A DNA stretch of 64,000 bases from the human T2T-CHM13v2.0 reference genome, Homo sapiens, in assembly GCF_009914755.1 (NCBI RefSeq), contig NC_060932.1, one strand, 5' to 3'. Positions 1-14,300 of the stretch are shown piece after piece. The notes under the pieces are model-generated. The model did not search any database. It saw only the letters and a list, made by a program, of their open reading frames with translations, and had not been told where the DNA came from. The first letter of the stretch is position 1. The number at the start of each line of letters is the position of its first letter. The position numbers and the translations under genes are program-made.

Positions 1-399
1 AAGTAAAGTGAACTGTGGTTCACTTTAGGTGATTTTTGAAATGATCTAAATAACCAGACCACATTCATAAAGTATCTGCCTGAAATAAAAGGATGTCTGC
101 CTCAAGTACTCCAATCTCACGTTCTGTCCTTGGCCCTGGCTCTAGTGGCTCATTCAGGGCATTTGTCTTCAGCAATTCAAAAGGATTCACAGTTTCTGCT
201 CCTAAGAGACAATAATGCCTGTGGTTTTTCAATGCCCCCAGCAAGCAATAGTTATGCCAGGTACCACTGTGTCTCATGGTTGATATGGGCCTGTTATTTC
301 AAAAAGGACCACACCTGGCAGGTGGCCCAATTGGCCTGGAGTCTAGCACCTGCTGTGCCTGCAGGTTCACCTCCTCCCCCACAAGGCAACCTGTTCCAG

Positions 400-640
400 A
401 GAGGGCAGAAGCTCTAGTTGTTAAGTTTTTCTTAGGTTGAATTAAAATCTGTCCCACCGTAGTTTTCATTCAGTGATTCTGTCATTAGGTACAACATGGC
501 ACCACACCAGTCTCCATTTTTTCATGAGATATCCTCCCTTGAGTGTCTGAAGATAACACTCTTCTATCTACTTCCAAGTCCTACCCAGCCTCATCATCTT
601 GCCCTGAGTCTATTTCATTATAGTCCATCTTCAAAAGCAA
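400..640. mobile_element. Possible ancient L3/CR1 LINE fragment
   Basis: aagtttttcttaggttgaattaaaatctg resembles the CR1/L3 3' region; very diverged. Confidence 0.3.
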
Positions 641-2762
641 GACCAAGAACAGAATGCGGGCACTCCGGAGATGGTCTACATGAGGCAAAGGATTGCCAAT
701 TCCAGTGCCAACCCACAATATCATAGTCATTTGTAATGGTCTCCATTCATGTCCCAGAATGTAAATGAAGAAAAGATGTTTTGATGATGAAGAACTGGAG
801 TACAACATTTTGAAATGTCTAATGGGAAAAGAAAACTTACTAAGGTATATTTTTTAAGCCAAGCTCCTATAAGTGGTTGTGTTTAAATATTATCATGTTC
901 CCTGCTATTTCTAATGAAGAAGCACACAAAAATAGATTCACGGATGACCTGGTTAATAGGAATCTCCAAACTCACTGCACACTCCTTCCTCATTATACAA
1001 CCAACTGCAAAAATCAAACACTGTGAAAGGATATTCAAGGTACGTGTCGGACCAAGCAGGCCCGTAGGAGTCTGAGTCTCGGTAAAGCAGCTGTGCAACA
1101 GAAATAGCTTTAAAGGCAGAATATAAAATGTGTATACTAAAAAAAATTCAAGGGAAGAGAAAATATCTTGGCTTTTTCCACTGTTTTATATAAGAATATT
1201 GATTTGAACAAGTCCATATGCAATTTTTTAAAAGGCAATAAGGACCCCTCTGAAATCGATGACACCTGAGTGGAATATCTGAACAAGTCACATTCCAGTG
1301 GGAGGCAATTAGTGGACAAGTGTCAGCCTGTTTTGTACATGAGGGCTTTCCCTCCAGAAAAAGAGAGCGCAGTCCATGTAGGTCACTTTAGACAACCAGA
1401 GGGTCCGATTTATCATGCAGAGACTGGAATTCCCAAGAAGGGAGGATGTCACTTGCTCCCCTCCCCTGGTTTGTTTAGAAGAGGATTTTAGCTTCACTGG
1501 CCTTCACTGTCTTCACCAAGACAGCTGGTAAGAAAAAGGAAAAAAAAAAAAAATTTCCAGTTTTTTAGCCTTGTCCATGGTCCTGAGGAGCCCACGCGCT
1601 ACTCCAGCAACTGGAGTAGAGACAGAGCCACTGATCACTTACTGGTCAGTCCAATCTGTCCCATCAGATCCAGTGTCTAGTGACCTCCCCCTGGAAACAT
1701 TCGTATTGTGCTGTGCCATGAGGCCTTGGGACATTCTGAGGAGGGATACAAGAGTAGGGGAAGACAGGAATTTGATTTCCTGGGTCTGAAACAGATCTGA
1801 AAGAAAGCACCATCTGTACTCCCAGGCCCAGCACATTGCAAAGGCACATTGCAAAGGCAGGCACATTGCCAAGCAACCACTGGAGGATCTAAATGACCTC
1901 TCATCACTCTCCAGTACTCACAGAGGTTGGCACTATCTGCAATGGAGGTAAGAGGCCTCCACCCGATGTGGACGCAGTACTAGAGCAGGGAGTCTGGTCA
2001 CATTTTCACGTGCTGTCCGGGGGTCTGAGTTCCTACAGATCCATGTGTATAGCAGTGATGGTGTGAGGCTCAGAGGTGCATCTAGGTATCAGGAATAAAG
2101 GAAGCATCAAGGAGGAGTGCTTTTATTGATTCTATAATGGTTTGGGGAAATCTAGCATGAGTGAGGCTCAGGGATAACAGAGGCACAACCCCTGTCTTCC
2201 AAATCTTGCTGAGCTACTGAGTAAGAAGAGACATACACACACCAACACCTAAGGCACAGGCAACTAATTCCAACAGAACTTGGGGGATGGAAAGTGATAT
2301 AGGATTTGAGAAGACAGAAAGGATTATCAAGAATCTCTTCAAGAAAGTTCTACTAGGGTTGAAAATTTGAGGATGGATAGGATTAGAGTGGAGAGAAATG
2401 AGTTCCAACTCAGAAGCTAATTCTTTTCCCTGGCACAGAGAAAAATCTTACTACCACTAAGCATGAGAAGATAATAGGAGGGGCATAGGTGGGGTTAATT
2501 TGGAATAATTTAACATAAGGGGGAAGGCAGAAAAATGCAAGGAAGAGAATCTCAAAACCTAGATGGAAGAAAAAGAGGCTGGGGGAGAAGAGCCAGGTCC
2601 CGAAATGTTTCTTAAGGCGCAAGAAATGGCCTTTTTCAGGATCCTCAGAGGCAGATATGAAACCTTCCTTTCTGCTTCTTTCTGCTTCTCAAGAACAGAT
2701 TGAAGGAATGAATGCAGGCTAAAATTCCAGAGAGACCTGGGGCTTCATGGAAAAGAGTCATA

Positions 2763-3241
2763 TTCTTTTTAAATTTTTATTTTAGGTTCAGGGGGTACAG
2801 GTGCTTGTTTGTTACATATGTATACTGCATAATGGTGGGGACAGTACAGCTATCCTTCAAATATTAAACATTATACCCACTAGGTAATGGTATAACCCTC
2901 ACCCCCTCTTCCACTCTTTCCCGCTTTTGGAGCCCCCAGTGTCCTTCTCTCCACCTTTATGTCTACGTGTACCCATTGTTTAGCTCCCACTTATAAGTGA
3001 GAGCATGCAATATTTGATTTTCTGCTTCTGAGTTAGTTCACTTAAAATGGTGTCCTCTACCTCTACCCTTATTGCTGCAAAGGACACTATTTCATTCTTT
3101 TTGTGGTTGTGTGGTATTCCATGGTATATATGTACCAGATTTTCTTTATCCAATCAACCATTGGTGGACACTTAAGTTAGCTGCATGACTTTGCTATTGT
3201 AAATAGTGCTGCAATGAACATGTAAGTGCAGGTGTCTTTTG
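2763..3241 (-). mobile_element. L1 3' end (L1PA16/17-like)
   Basis: T-rich start, then antisense L1 3' UTR/ORF2 end: ttttggagcccccagtgtc, gctcccacttataagtgagagcatg, gtattccatggtatatatgtacca. Confidence 0.85.
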
Positions 3242-3374
3242 GGGTATCTGTGTGGAGGAAACAAAAGCATTATGTTAAAAAGATTAATATTCTTCATTCC
3301 ATTCCATTTCTGATGGTGCTGAAATAACTTCTGACTCAGAGAGCCCAAAACCCATGCAGGGCTCTTCAGAGGGA

Positions 3375-3570
3375 AAGACATTGGTTCAAATCCAGGTGTG
3401 GTTGCTTGCCAACTAGGTTGTTCAGCAACTTACACAGCCTCACTGAGCCCTGGTTTCCTTAGTTGTAAAATAGGAGGAAAATTCTCACAGGGTTATTGTG
3501 AGGATTAGAAATAATGTAGATAAACCATCTAGCACAGACTGTGGCATAGCAGAGACACGCAAAAAGGGGA
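3375..3570 (+). mobile_element. MIR SINE
   Basis: ggttcaaatcc, ctgagccctggtttccttagttgtaaaatagg core, cacagggttattgtgaggatta. Confidence 0.8.
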
Positions 3571-4454
3571 TATTACCATCATTACCATTAATATTATTAA
3601 TTTTGTATTATCGTTATTCTTATTTTCAAAGGAATGCTGTAAATATTTAAGAAGAGAAATAAATAGAACCACATGAAGATAACATAGTCGGTGCATTGAA
3701 ATCATAGCTTTTATTGCTATTATAGTCTTTCTCTTTTGTATCAACAATACCATCCACAAAGATGGCTCGTTTCCACTGAAATGCAGCTGCCCACTCCTCC
3801 TGCCAGCTGAAACTCAGGCCTGTGAAGACCCCGTACTGCATAAACATTTAAAAATCTATTTTTGTTGTCACAAGGTGCTGACCCTGACGGACGGAGAAGT
3901 TTGATGAGAACTTTGTCTTACCCTCTCGTCCTCCCACAAGTGCTCACCTCCCATGACCTGCTTCCCAGGGGGATGCAAAGGGAGAAGCATGTCATTCAAA
4001 ATATGGCAGAGGGCCAGGGACTCCAGCAAACAGAACCCACAGCACTCACCGTGGCAGTCCCCAGGCGGCCGCAGCCATCAGGGCCCCAGGGTGGCATCTC
4101 CTCCAGCCCAGTCCCTTGAGGAGAGAAGCTCTTGGCTTGGTGTTCCCCACCAGGTGAGCATCCTTCTGTTACAGATTTGGGCTATTTCCCTACAAAGCTT
4201 CTCTAGAAGATCTAATAACCTACTTTCCACCCATACTATCCCTCACTGGCCCTTTAAAGATAGAATTTAAGACTCATGGACACTTCAACTGAAGAGCAGC
4301 TCTTGCCTTTAAGGTAGGATTTCTGAATTTCCAAACTGCCACTCCGTGTGACTGTGCAAGCTCTCCAGTATCGGGCATTGTGACTACTCTAACAATGATC
4401 CCAACAGGACCTGGCCCCTTGTGAGAGCTCCTGACCCAGAAGGAATAAAGATTT

Positions 4455-4650
4455 CACTGAAGTACTTCCCCTGAGCCAGGCCTTGTGCTGAGGGCTTTAT
4501 ATAAATCATCCGATTTAATTCCCTCAAAGAGCTGTGTAGACTTGTCAGCTTCATTGTCTAAATGAGAAGACTCAGGGTTAGCAATTAAGTAACTCACCCA
4601 GAGGTCACTCAGCTCCTAAGGGGCGCTCAGTTTTCCAAGCCAGGGCTGAC
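4455..4650 (-). mobile_element. MIR SINE
   Basis: antisense MIR: gccaggccttgtgctgagggcttt, aaatgagaagactcaggg, aagtaactcacccagaggtcac. Confidence 0.7.
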
Positions 4651-5867
4651 CCCTGTGCCCACGGCCTTCACCCCTACCCTGGGCCTCTGTCCTCAGCACT
4701 GGGCATGCCCTTCAGTTTGTCCCCTGCCACCTCCAGCTCGCGACCACCATAAAAATTCATAAAAGGAAAGCCAAGGACAGACATTCAGTGCAGAATTAAT
4801 ATGCTGGGGCCTGAAGAGCCTCGACTGTCCAGGTAGAGCCTTGGAAGCTGTTTCTGACCTCAGTGCTCAGACTCTCTTTTCTGTGTTTGCCTGAACTGAG
4901 CTGGGATGGGCTAACATCTGCCTGGACATTCTAGTTCTGCTTCTGCCTGCACAACCACAATTCTGCACCTCTGCAACCTTACTCACCCTCAGTAGATCCA
5001 TGACCTACTGCTGCCCTCCAACGTGGCCTGACACCTCGAAAAGCCGCTGTGCCCTCTGCCGAGTCCTGCTGGCCCTTCTCCAGCCAGTCTGGGACCTTCC
5101 ACCAGATGATGCCCCCTGCTCACCCATGCCACCACCAAACAGCCTGGCCCCGAGCCCAGCTGCCCTTGGCAGTGCTGACCAGCTCACCAGCTCCCAGAAC
5201 CCAAGGCAGAGAGGCTGAACTTTTCTCTCCTTCAATTTTGACAAACTCCACAGCCGACTAAAAATGCTACCAATTAAGATGAACTATGACCTGGTTATGA
5301 ATGTGAAACAGACAGGAGGCCTTCCGCTGTTGTTTAAACTCAGCCAATTTTAAAATTATTCCTCTCAAAAAAGCAATTGAACTTGTTTCTACTTTGATTT
5401 ATTAAAACAAAGGAGAGGGGCTAAGACTCTGCTCAGAAGGGAGGGAAGTATGGGAGTGAGGGCTGACTGGTTTCCATACTTGGTTTGCCCTTTTGTTATA
5501 ATTTTGAGTTTTTATTCCCTGAACCTTAAACCCATATTTGGTACTTTGGTGGCTGTTGCCTGACATTTGCTCCCTTTCCCCTGCCACTGTCCTTCTGTGG
5601 AAAGAAAAAACTCTTTGCTCTCTAGGCTGTCTACCAACAATGGGAAAAAGATTCAGGAGGCAAGCGGGTGGTTTTCGTGATCATCTCTGCCATGCCTGCC
5701 AGTGCAGGAGCCTCAGAGGATGGGCTGGAAGCAGGGTCTGTCCTGTCCCCATCACACCTCTCTCCATGTGAAGGTGGTAATGCAGTGCTGGTTGCCGTGG
5801 CAGCAAAGCAGATTTAGAGGGGAAAAAAAACAGAAACAAGAAAAGTACTCTAGAAATGAAATCATCT

Positions 5868-6197
<330 letters not shown>

Positions 6198-7094
6198 CTA
6201 GGGTGCAGCGCAGGGGAAGACGTCTGACCCCCACTCCCGGGACCACCGGCTCCAGCACACACTTTTCTTTCATTCACACACCACCTGGGTCGACAGGCAG
6301 GAGAATCCCCCATGCAGCATCTGAGAGCAGGGTGAAGGTCAAGTACACAGCCAGCTTGAAGGACCTTTTCAATTCCCTGTTCCTCAGGATAAGGATCTTT
6401 CTTCTGGTTTGAGGCTGTCTTTCCCATTCCTGATGTTGCTCAGATAAAGGAATCTGGCAGTCTAGGTAGCTTACCGTACATCACCCAGTTGCAGGTGCAA
6501 GCTCTGCTTTCCAGCCTGAGCTTTGTTTAAAAAGAGAGAGAGGCAGAGGGAGAGAAAACTCCCCACACCACTGCCTTCTCCTGCCTGGCGTTGCCAGGAG
6601 CTGCATCGCTGACTCACACCACTTGAATAATTGCCTTTTAATGGCACCATTTTCTTCACTTATAAAACCAGGTTCTTTGATTCCTGACTCAGAGGCATCG
6701 GCCACTGCTGGGCACATGCACCTCACCCCAGCCGCGGGCCGTGGAACCAGAGCTGTCAGTCTCACATGGCACAGGCTGGCCTGATGACATCTGGGAAGCA
6801 GAGCAGCAAAGGCAGCCCCAGCCTGCAGGGCGGTTCTCTGGTCCAACCTCCAAGGGCAGGCACATGCAACTGATTCTTTGCCACCTCTCCCCTCTCTGAT
6901 CCCTTGTCCTTTGTCTGCTTGGACAAGTCTGAATTGTAGACTCCAGGGGGCATGAGCAGAGCAGGTGCTGACCAGCCCAGCCCAAGGCTTCAGATTTTCA
7001 CTGTAAATTCTATGCAAATCCCACAGATTTTCTATGTGATTCACCAAATGGCCTCTGCTTAAGTCCTGGACATACAACATCACTTGGATTCTCT

Positions 7095-7212
7095 CTTTAT
7101 TCATGAAACGAATTTTTACTGAGCATTTACTATACGGCTGGTGCTGCTCTAAGCACTCAGTCTGCAGCAGGGAACAAGGTTCTGATCTCACGGGAAAGGT
7201 TCACATTCTGGG
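7095..7212 (-). mobile_element. L2 3' end fragment
   Basis: ttcatgaaacgaatttttactgagcatttactat...ctaagcact matches the antisense L2 terminus. Confidence 0.65.
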
Positions 7213-8949
7213 ATCCAGCACACACCACCCTCCATAAACACAGACAGACTTCCCACCTGCTTCAACACATAAATAGAATATTCATGCCAGCTGGAAGACA
7301 ATGGCTCTGGCAGGCCCACGTGTCATCCTTCTGGAACATCTCCTTACCCTGTAGGTCCTTGCTAAGGCTCCAGTACTGTACCTTTGCCTCCACCTAACAG
7401 GGAGACCAGGGATCTGAGTACCAGAGGCAGGTGGGGACTAGCAGAGACTCTGCAAGGCAAGAGCCATTCTATCTGGCTTTCCAAAGGTACCCTGCAGTGG
7501 CAGCTTTGGGGAGAGCCCAAGGTGTCAGGCGGTAATGCACAGCAAGCCCAAATGCACCCAGCTGATGGGTCCGGGCAGCATGATGGAGCGCAGATGTCAG
7601 GGAAAGCGTGGATGTTTTTGTAGAACACTAATGGATAAACTCCAGCACCTTCTCCAGTCACAGCGGGCCCAAAGCATCTGCTTTCTCTTTCTGCACTTTC
7701 AGAGGGATGAAAGTGAGTGACAGGTGGAGAGCTTGGATTTTCAACTAGTTTGCCACTTCAAGTCAGACCAAAAACAGAGCCCATATCATGGGGGAAAGCC
7801 AGAGGCAGAGAGAAACAGAAAAGATCACTAGCCTGCAAAGAGAAGCAGGGAGAGGAGGAGAAAATATGAGGGAATAAAACATGCTCCTTATGTTTCCTGT
7901 CGCTCATTCCATCACACCAAAGGGCTGTGCACCCAGGCAGAAAAGCCACTCACATTTTAAAGAATAGGCTCCTACCCTCCCCTCACTCAACGGAGAAAAG
8001 CCTACGTGGGTCCCCCCACTTTGCTATGTATTGGCTACCTGAGTGAAGCAAGTACCTGCTCCAGACAGGTGGATTTTCTTAACAAGCTGAACGACTACAG
8101 GACCCTTCCTTTCAATGTGAATACATGCCTTCAAAAATACAGTTTCTAAATAAGTATTCCATTACTGTAACTTGTTTACATGATTTATCTTCACAAGACT
8201 GCCCCTATGAAACCAGACAGATTGAGGGCAGATTTAAATGCAGCAATGGCATTCAGGGCCCAGGGAAGCAGAGTTCTGCACCTGTATTCAACTGCAGAGG
8301 AAGGCACCGACGAGACAGACCAAGCTGCTGCAGGGAAAACTATTATTTTTATTTGAATCCATACTCTGAGGTTGCTGCAAGTGCTGTCAGTCAGCCAGCA
8401 GACATTCTAGTTCCCTTCTCCTCTACCGCATATTAACTTGACTGGGCTTCTCCAAGGAATTCTAACTGCTCGGTGCTGATTTGTCTCCTGACCTTCCTAA
8501 ACTCAGTGAAAATGTAGAGTCCATGTAAAAGTATGTAGAGTGGCCAAGACAGGAAGATACAGGAATTTAAATGTTGCAAAGGCAGAGGAAGGGACTCACT
8601 ATCCAGTTTCTCCCTACAAATCTCTACACAGCAGCCTCCCCCGTCCATGAAATCTTTCCGTTAGAACTTCCTTTCAGATTTCAGAGCTGGTTTGACATCT
8701 TGTGACACCCCCTACTTTGGGATGCAGTAAGAAATCGGGAAAATAATGATTGGTTTGGGAATTCAGCCACCATGGGAAATTAACCATAGAAAGGTTATTG
8801 TATGTGTATTAGGATCATCAACAAACAATGGGGAGATTGTTGAAACTTAAAATATCTGGCCACATCAAGAGTTGAAGAAGGTGTGAAAATGTATACAGGA
8901 ATTTGTATACATTTTCACAGGAGGATAAGCTGAAAGTTAAGCATCATCT

Positions 8950-9450
8950 CATCAAGCTGAACAACCCAGCAACTGCACTCCTAATTTCAGGCAAGAAAAA
9001 ATCTTGCTCACGTACAACACAAGGTATGTAAGAGATGATGATAGTAGCATTGTTCAAATAGCAAAGCCTGTAATCAGCCCAAAAGCACACCTACAGGAGA
9101 GTGGATGAATAAACTGAGGTACAGTCACAGCAACAAACCAGAATACAGACGAATCATAGCAATCTAATATTTACATGAAGAATTTGAATCAGAAGATCAC
9201 ATCTACAAGATCCTTTTTATAAAGTCAAAAACAACTGAAATGAAAATATAGACATCTTGGGCATACATGTAGAAAAGATACAACTCTAAAAATGTTTGGC
9301 AGAGAAATGAGGACAAGATTCAGGATGATGATTGCCTTAGGTTGGGGAGACAGAAGGGATGAGAGAGAAACACATGGACAGATGTAAGCGGTTGCCAGAT
9401 CTCAGCTTTGCTTTAGAAGATGTTGTACGGGTGCTCATTCTGTTATTAAC
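8950..9450 (+). mobile_element. Old L1 (L1ME-like) 3' fragment
   Basis: acccagcaactgcactccta, gcattgttcaaatagcaaa, gagtggatgaataaactgaggtac. Confidence 0.65.
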
Positions 9451-9469
9451 GACGGTAACTGATGTTAGT

Positions 9470-9595
9470 GATAGTGAGATGATGATGATCGGTAGATAAA
9501 TAGATAGAAACATAGGTAGATAGAAACTAGATAGATGATGGATTGATTGACAGAAATATAGATACATACATAGACAAATAATGGCTGGATAGATA
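9470..9595. repeat. Degenerate (TAGA/GATA)n simple repeat
   Basis: Repeated tagataga/gatga units. Confidence 0.7.
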
Positions 9596-9649
9596 CCATG
9601 TACACAATAATGATGAGAGACGATTTTCTAGAAATGAATCTTCCACACC

Positions 9650-10055
9650 CTCTGCAATAGAGACATTGTTTTTTTCCTTTCTCCTGGCCACAAAAGATCA
9701 GACTGAATTTCTCAGCCTCCTTTGCAGTTACTGCACCACATAATTGAGTTCTGGCTGATGAAATGTGCACAAAAATGATGGACACAGTTCCAGGCCTGGC
9801 CCTTAAAAACCTGCTGTTTGATCTAACCTCCTCTCCTTCTGCAGGCTGGACGTTGCAGTCCTGCTCAACTTTGGAAGCCACATGGTAAAGAAGGCAGGGT
9901 CTCTGAAAGTCTTGGTTCCTGGATGACTGTGTGGAGCAGAACTCCCTTTCCCCAACCCCTGGTGCCCACTGGACTTTTGTGTCAATGGGAACTAAACCTC
10001 TAAGGCACTAAGCCACTATGATTCCAGGATTTATCCAGCATGACCTTAACTAACT
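9650..10055 (+). mobile_element. MaLR LTR (MLT1J/I-like)
   Basis: tttctcagcctcctttgcagtta, gagttctggctgatgaaatg, cctggatgactgtgtggagcaga, aagccactatgatt. Confidence 0.7.
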
Positions 10056-10842
10056 CTACTTGAACCTGAGTCACTTGGCATGGCTGGGGAAAAAGAATAC
10101 ACAAAGTGCACTTTTTACCCAGTGAAACCTCTTATGTGCTTTGTAGGGGAGCATTGGAAAAAGCCAGAGATATTCAAGGGTCTGAGAGTCCAGAGACCAA
10201 ACCTAATCTCTTGTCTCTCCAGCTCAGCTCTCTGGGTCATGGCACTAAACAGTGCAGACCTCACTGAGAATGCTCATTCAGGTCAGTACCGCTCGATTTC
10301 TCATTTGAACAGAGTGTGGCTTCTGGGGGCTAAAATCAAGCAACTCGTGGGAAAGCAGAGTATCATCGCAGGACAAGGCGTGTGTCCTGGTACACGGGCT
10401 GGGAGCATCTTTACAGATGAGCCAACCAGGAGGATGTTCTCAGGTACCAGTGGCACCTGCCAAGAAGTCTGCTCTGTTTCTCTCTGGTTTGGAACAGACC
10501 CATGCTCCTCACCCCTGGCACATTGGTGTTGGTGCCTTGCAGAATCTGCTTTGCCATCTTGTGAGGGGCAAACGGAGCAGATGGCCCTGACCACTGGGAT
10601 GCCAGGTAATGATCAAGTGCCACACATCGAAGTCGCAGGGTCTTGTCACCTCGCCAGAGATGACAGACAGCTGGGCCATCTGGCAACAGCCCTGATGCTG
10701 GGGAGGAGGCACACATCTCATCACTCCACCGCTTAATGTAGTTACACTGTCAAATTCTTCCCTCAAATCCGTTCTTCACGCCTTTTAGCTGAGGTGAGCA
10801 GCAGTTGGCCAGTTTCCAGGAAATGAGACTGCATTGATATAG

Positions 10843-11136
<294 letters not shown>

Positions 11137-11494
11137 GGGTGATACCCTTCTAATGCACTCCTCACTCTCCTCGTCAGCTCTGCTTAAGCCTGGCAGTGAA
11201 CTATTGGTGTCTTCAACCATCCTGCCCACCTACCATGGCCAGACTGACTCTCAGTCAATGCCACCAGCCCTGCCCCTCCTAACACCCTCTCACGCTTGCC
11301 AGGTGGGGGAAAGAAGACCAGCATCAGGGAAGAGCTGGAAGGAAACAAAAGACATGAACAGTTAGGTGGACAGTGAAGGAAGGATTTGGAAGGTGAAGAG
11401 GCCAAAATAAAGGGGCGGGACATGAAGGCAATTGGAACTGAGTGGCTTAGAGAGAATGAGGTCACATTAATGATGGAGATAAGAATGAAAACAT

Positions 11495-11645
11495 CACAGC
11501 ACCAGAAAGGGCCATAAGGACCATCTAATCTCACCCTTTCACATTCCCAAATAATATGGAAAAGACACCCTGGAAAGTGATGAAACTTATCCAAATGTAC
11601 CCTGTACATAAAAGGCAAAATGGAGATCTCTAACTCCTGAAATAA
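11495..11645 (-). mobile_element. MIR3/MIR-like fragment
   Basis: agaaagggccataaggaccatctaatctcaccc...acttatccaaatgtac. Confidence 0.45.
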
Positions 11646-12024
11646 TGTTCTTTCCCTGCAGCTCACTGCCTCTTCCAGAATATTTACTACCTTCCTTTGA
11701 AGAATCACCTTGGGCAGGCAGAAACCAAAAACACCTTTTTAAGCTTTGGAGAAACAAGCCCTCTGTGACTCTGACCAGCAGAAGCAATGGTGCAGAGATG
11801 CCTAAAAAGACCACCTTCCAGGTCAGATCCCCAGAGGCTGGCGAGACGAAAGCAAGGGCCAGCGACAGGCAGCTGTGCTCAGGTGTGCCTTGCCTCTTCT
11901 GCCACCCTCCAGAAACTTACAAGTAAGCATTTTGTCTAGAATGGCAAAGCCCAGAGGTTTGTGAGACGTGAAGATGTTAAGGTCAAATTGGAAAGTACAT
12001 TTAAGTACAGATTCCACCTCAAAC

Positions 12025-12522
12025 TGAGTGCTAGCTACAATCCCACCACCAGGTATCTACCCAAAGGAAAAGAAATCAATATACCAAAAAGATACCTGCA
12101 CTTGTATGTTTATTACAGCACTAGTCATGACAGTGAATCGACCTAAATGTCCATCAATGAATGAATTGGTAAAGAAAATGTGGTTTACCATAGAATACTA
12201 TGCAGTCATAAAAAGAATGAAATCACACCTTTTGCAGCAACATGAATGGATTGGAGGTCGATATCTTAAGTGAAACATGCCAGGCACAGAAAGTCAAAAG
12301 CCAGGCGTGTTCTCACTCATAAGTAGGTGCTAAAAAATGTATAACACATGGACATAGAGTGTGGAGTGAAAGACAATGAAGTCTTGGAAGAGTGAGGGGG
12401 TGGATGATGAGAAATTAGTTAATGAATGATGGCTAACCTAAAAGCTCTGATGTTACCACTATGCATTCTATGCATGTAACAAAACTGTGCATGTACCCCA
12501 TACATTTGTATGAATTTTAAAA
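12025..12522 (+). mobile_element. L1 3' end (L1PB4-like)
   Basis: ORF2 C-terminal remnant GIYPKEKKSIYQKDTCTCMFITAL; 3' UTR ggatgatgagaaatta, catgtaacaaaactgtgcatgtacccc. Confidence 0.85.
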
Positions 12523-12659
12523 GGCAATTCCTGTTATAAGCAGTAATTCCTATTTCCCACCAAACAAAACTAAGTGGTGATCCTCCCAAGTCAGTGGGCT
12601 GTGAGATGCCTACTGATGGAGTGGCCTGGACTCACATTAAAATAAGTACTTGGAAATCT

Positions 12660-13091
12660 TGTGGTGGACAAGGGAGATGCATGGCTGAGGTGCCCTTTCA
12701 AGGAAGAAATGCTTGCCTCTATTTGCTGAGAATACAGTTGGCACTCAGCCTTCAGCAGCCTGTCCCTTCAGGAACGGCTTGCTTCAGAGAGCCATGCCCC
12801 CAAAATCACACTCCTCCGGGGCACCCATGGCTACTAACTGACAGCTGCAAAGGTGAAAAAGCCCAGTCAGTGCAACACAACATGGACCAACCCTGATGGG
12901 CCTTTTCAGCTCCACGACTCCCCATGCAGTTGGCTGAGGCTACTATACCTGCACCAAAGCCCAGTTTCTCCCTCTTTCCAATCCTGCTTCTGCTCCTCCC
13001 TCCACAGATATCCCTCCCAAGAGCCACCCGGTAGGCACCCTGAGCACTAAACTCTGCAAAGTCTCTTCCCTGGCAAACCCTGACTGTGGCA
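12660..13091 (+). mobile_element. ERVL solo LTR (LTR16C-like)
   Basis: TG start (tgtggtggac), CA end (actgtggca); ctgatgggcc...gttggctgaggct, caatcctgcttc typical of LTR16. Confidence 0.7.
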
Positions 13092-14184
13092 TTTCTTCTC
13101 ACTCACCTCCCCATGAAGCAGAGCTCACACAGCCCTACTGTGGACCTCACCTCATTAGACATTGGCAACCTGCTACCTCCGTTAGTCAGAGAGCAGATCC
13201 ATTCCCAAAGATTCAGAACTCCTCCAGGAGTCCAGAAACGTATTGTCTGAGTAGCATTTATGCAGTACTAGGCAAGGCATTGTTTCTGGTGACGCTGTAT
13301 TCTGAGATAGGTTCAATACTGCTTAATCATATGCAAAAGAGAGAAATAAGCTAGTGCCGAATTCTGGTTCCCATTCTTTTGATCTCAGTCCCCAATGTAG
13401 TTACAGTTACTATAGTACCATCTGACTTGAACCGATGATTCTAAGTTCCATAATGTCAAAGAAGTCATATTTCAATAACACTTCCTACCCACTGCTAAAA
13501 ATATTGTTTCTTCCCACACAGCCATTCCTAATGAGATATTACAAGCCACCTGGCACCCGGGGGAGTTCTTCGGCTAATTTTCTGTGGAGCCCCACATAAT
13601 GGAAACTGTGTACAATAGAACCCTGTTGGATGCTGGCGTCAGGGGCAAAAAGAAGAGCAACATCACAGGCTACTTAGTCCTATAGGAACAACGGTCCTTG
13701 GCAACGTCATTCGATCTGCAGCATGACTCCAGGGTGAAACGTAGTAGAGTCTAAAGTGTTTTGCGGTGAACTCTCCAAATGAGGAGCTGGCCCCAGTGGC
13801 GGTTGCACTCTCCCCAGGACCTCAGCCTACCCCTCAGTTTCTGATAAGAGCCAGTTTGAAACCTGAGTAACTGCTAACTCCTACTGGATGTAAATGCATC
13901 TGGGACCAGGCAAGGCCTCCAGCTCAGCTGCACGACCAACCAATCCCAGCCACTCCAGAGGCCGCCCCCCTGCCACCAACAAATGTGCCTGCTCCCTGTC
14001 CCTTCCACGTCTTGTTAAATGCTAGACTGTGTTCTCTCCTCTGCATCTGTCATGTGCTAAGCATTGCCTCTCTGAGACATCCCCCTACTCCTCTTACCCA
14101 AGCTGGGTCAGTGCCCCCTCCCCAGGCTCCCAGGCTCCCTGTGCACCCCCATAGGTGTGCACGCCCGACAGGTGTCGTACACCC

Positions 14185-14300
14185 CTGCAATGCTGTGCTT
14201 GGCTGCCTGCTCTTCCTCTAGACTGTGAGCCCTTAGAGGCAAAAAGTATCTCTCTTCTCTGTACTCAGCACCCAGCACCATTCTAAGCACTTTAGCCCGA
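14185..14300 (+). mobile_element. L2 3' end fragment
   Basis: ctagactgtgagcccttagaggca...cagcacccagcac. Confidence 0.6.

Noticed and set aside
6481-7191. 236-aa minus-strand ORF
   Set aside because: Non-ATG start, begins in an L2 fragment, no recognisable domain; compatible with chance.
10080-10736. 218-aa plus-strand ORF
   Set aside because: No recognisable homology or supporting gene structure; composition typical of noncoding DNA.
11662-11922. Exon-like segment (ccctgcag ... CAA|GTAAGC)
   Set aside because: Short pyrimidine tract and no recognisable peptide; indistinguishable from background pseudo-exons.
13786-13805. CTCF-like site tggccccagtggcgg (also near 15983 and 61161)
   Set aside because: Spacing or key bases deviate from the core motif; cannot be supported without a PWM scan or ChIP data.
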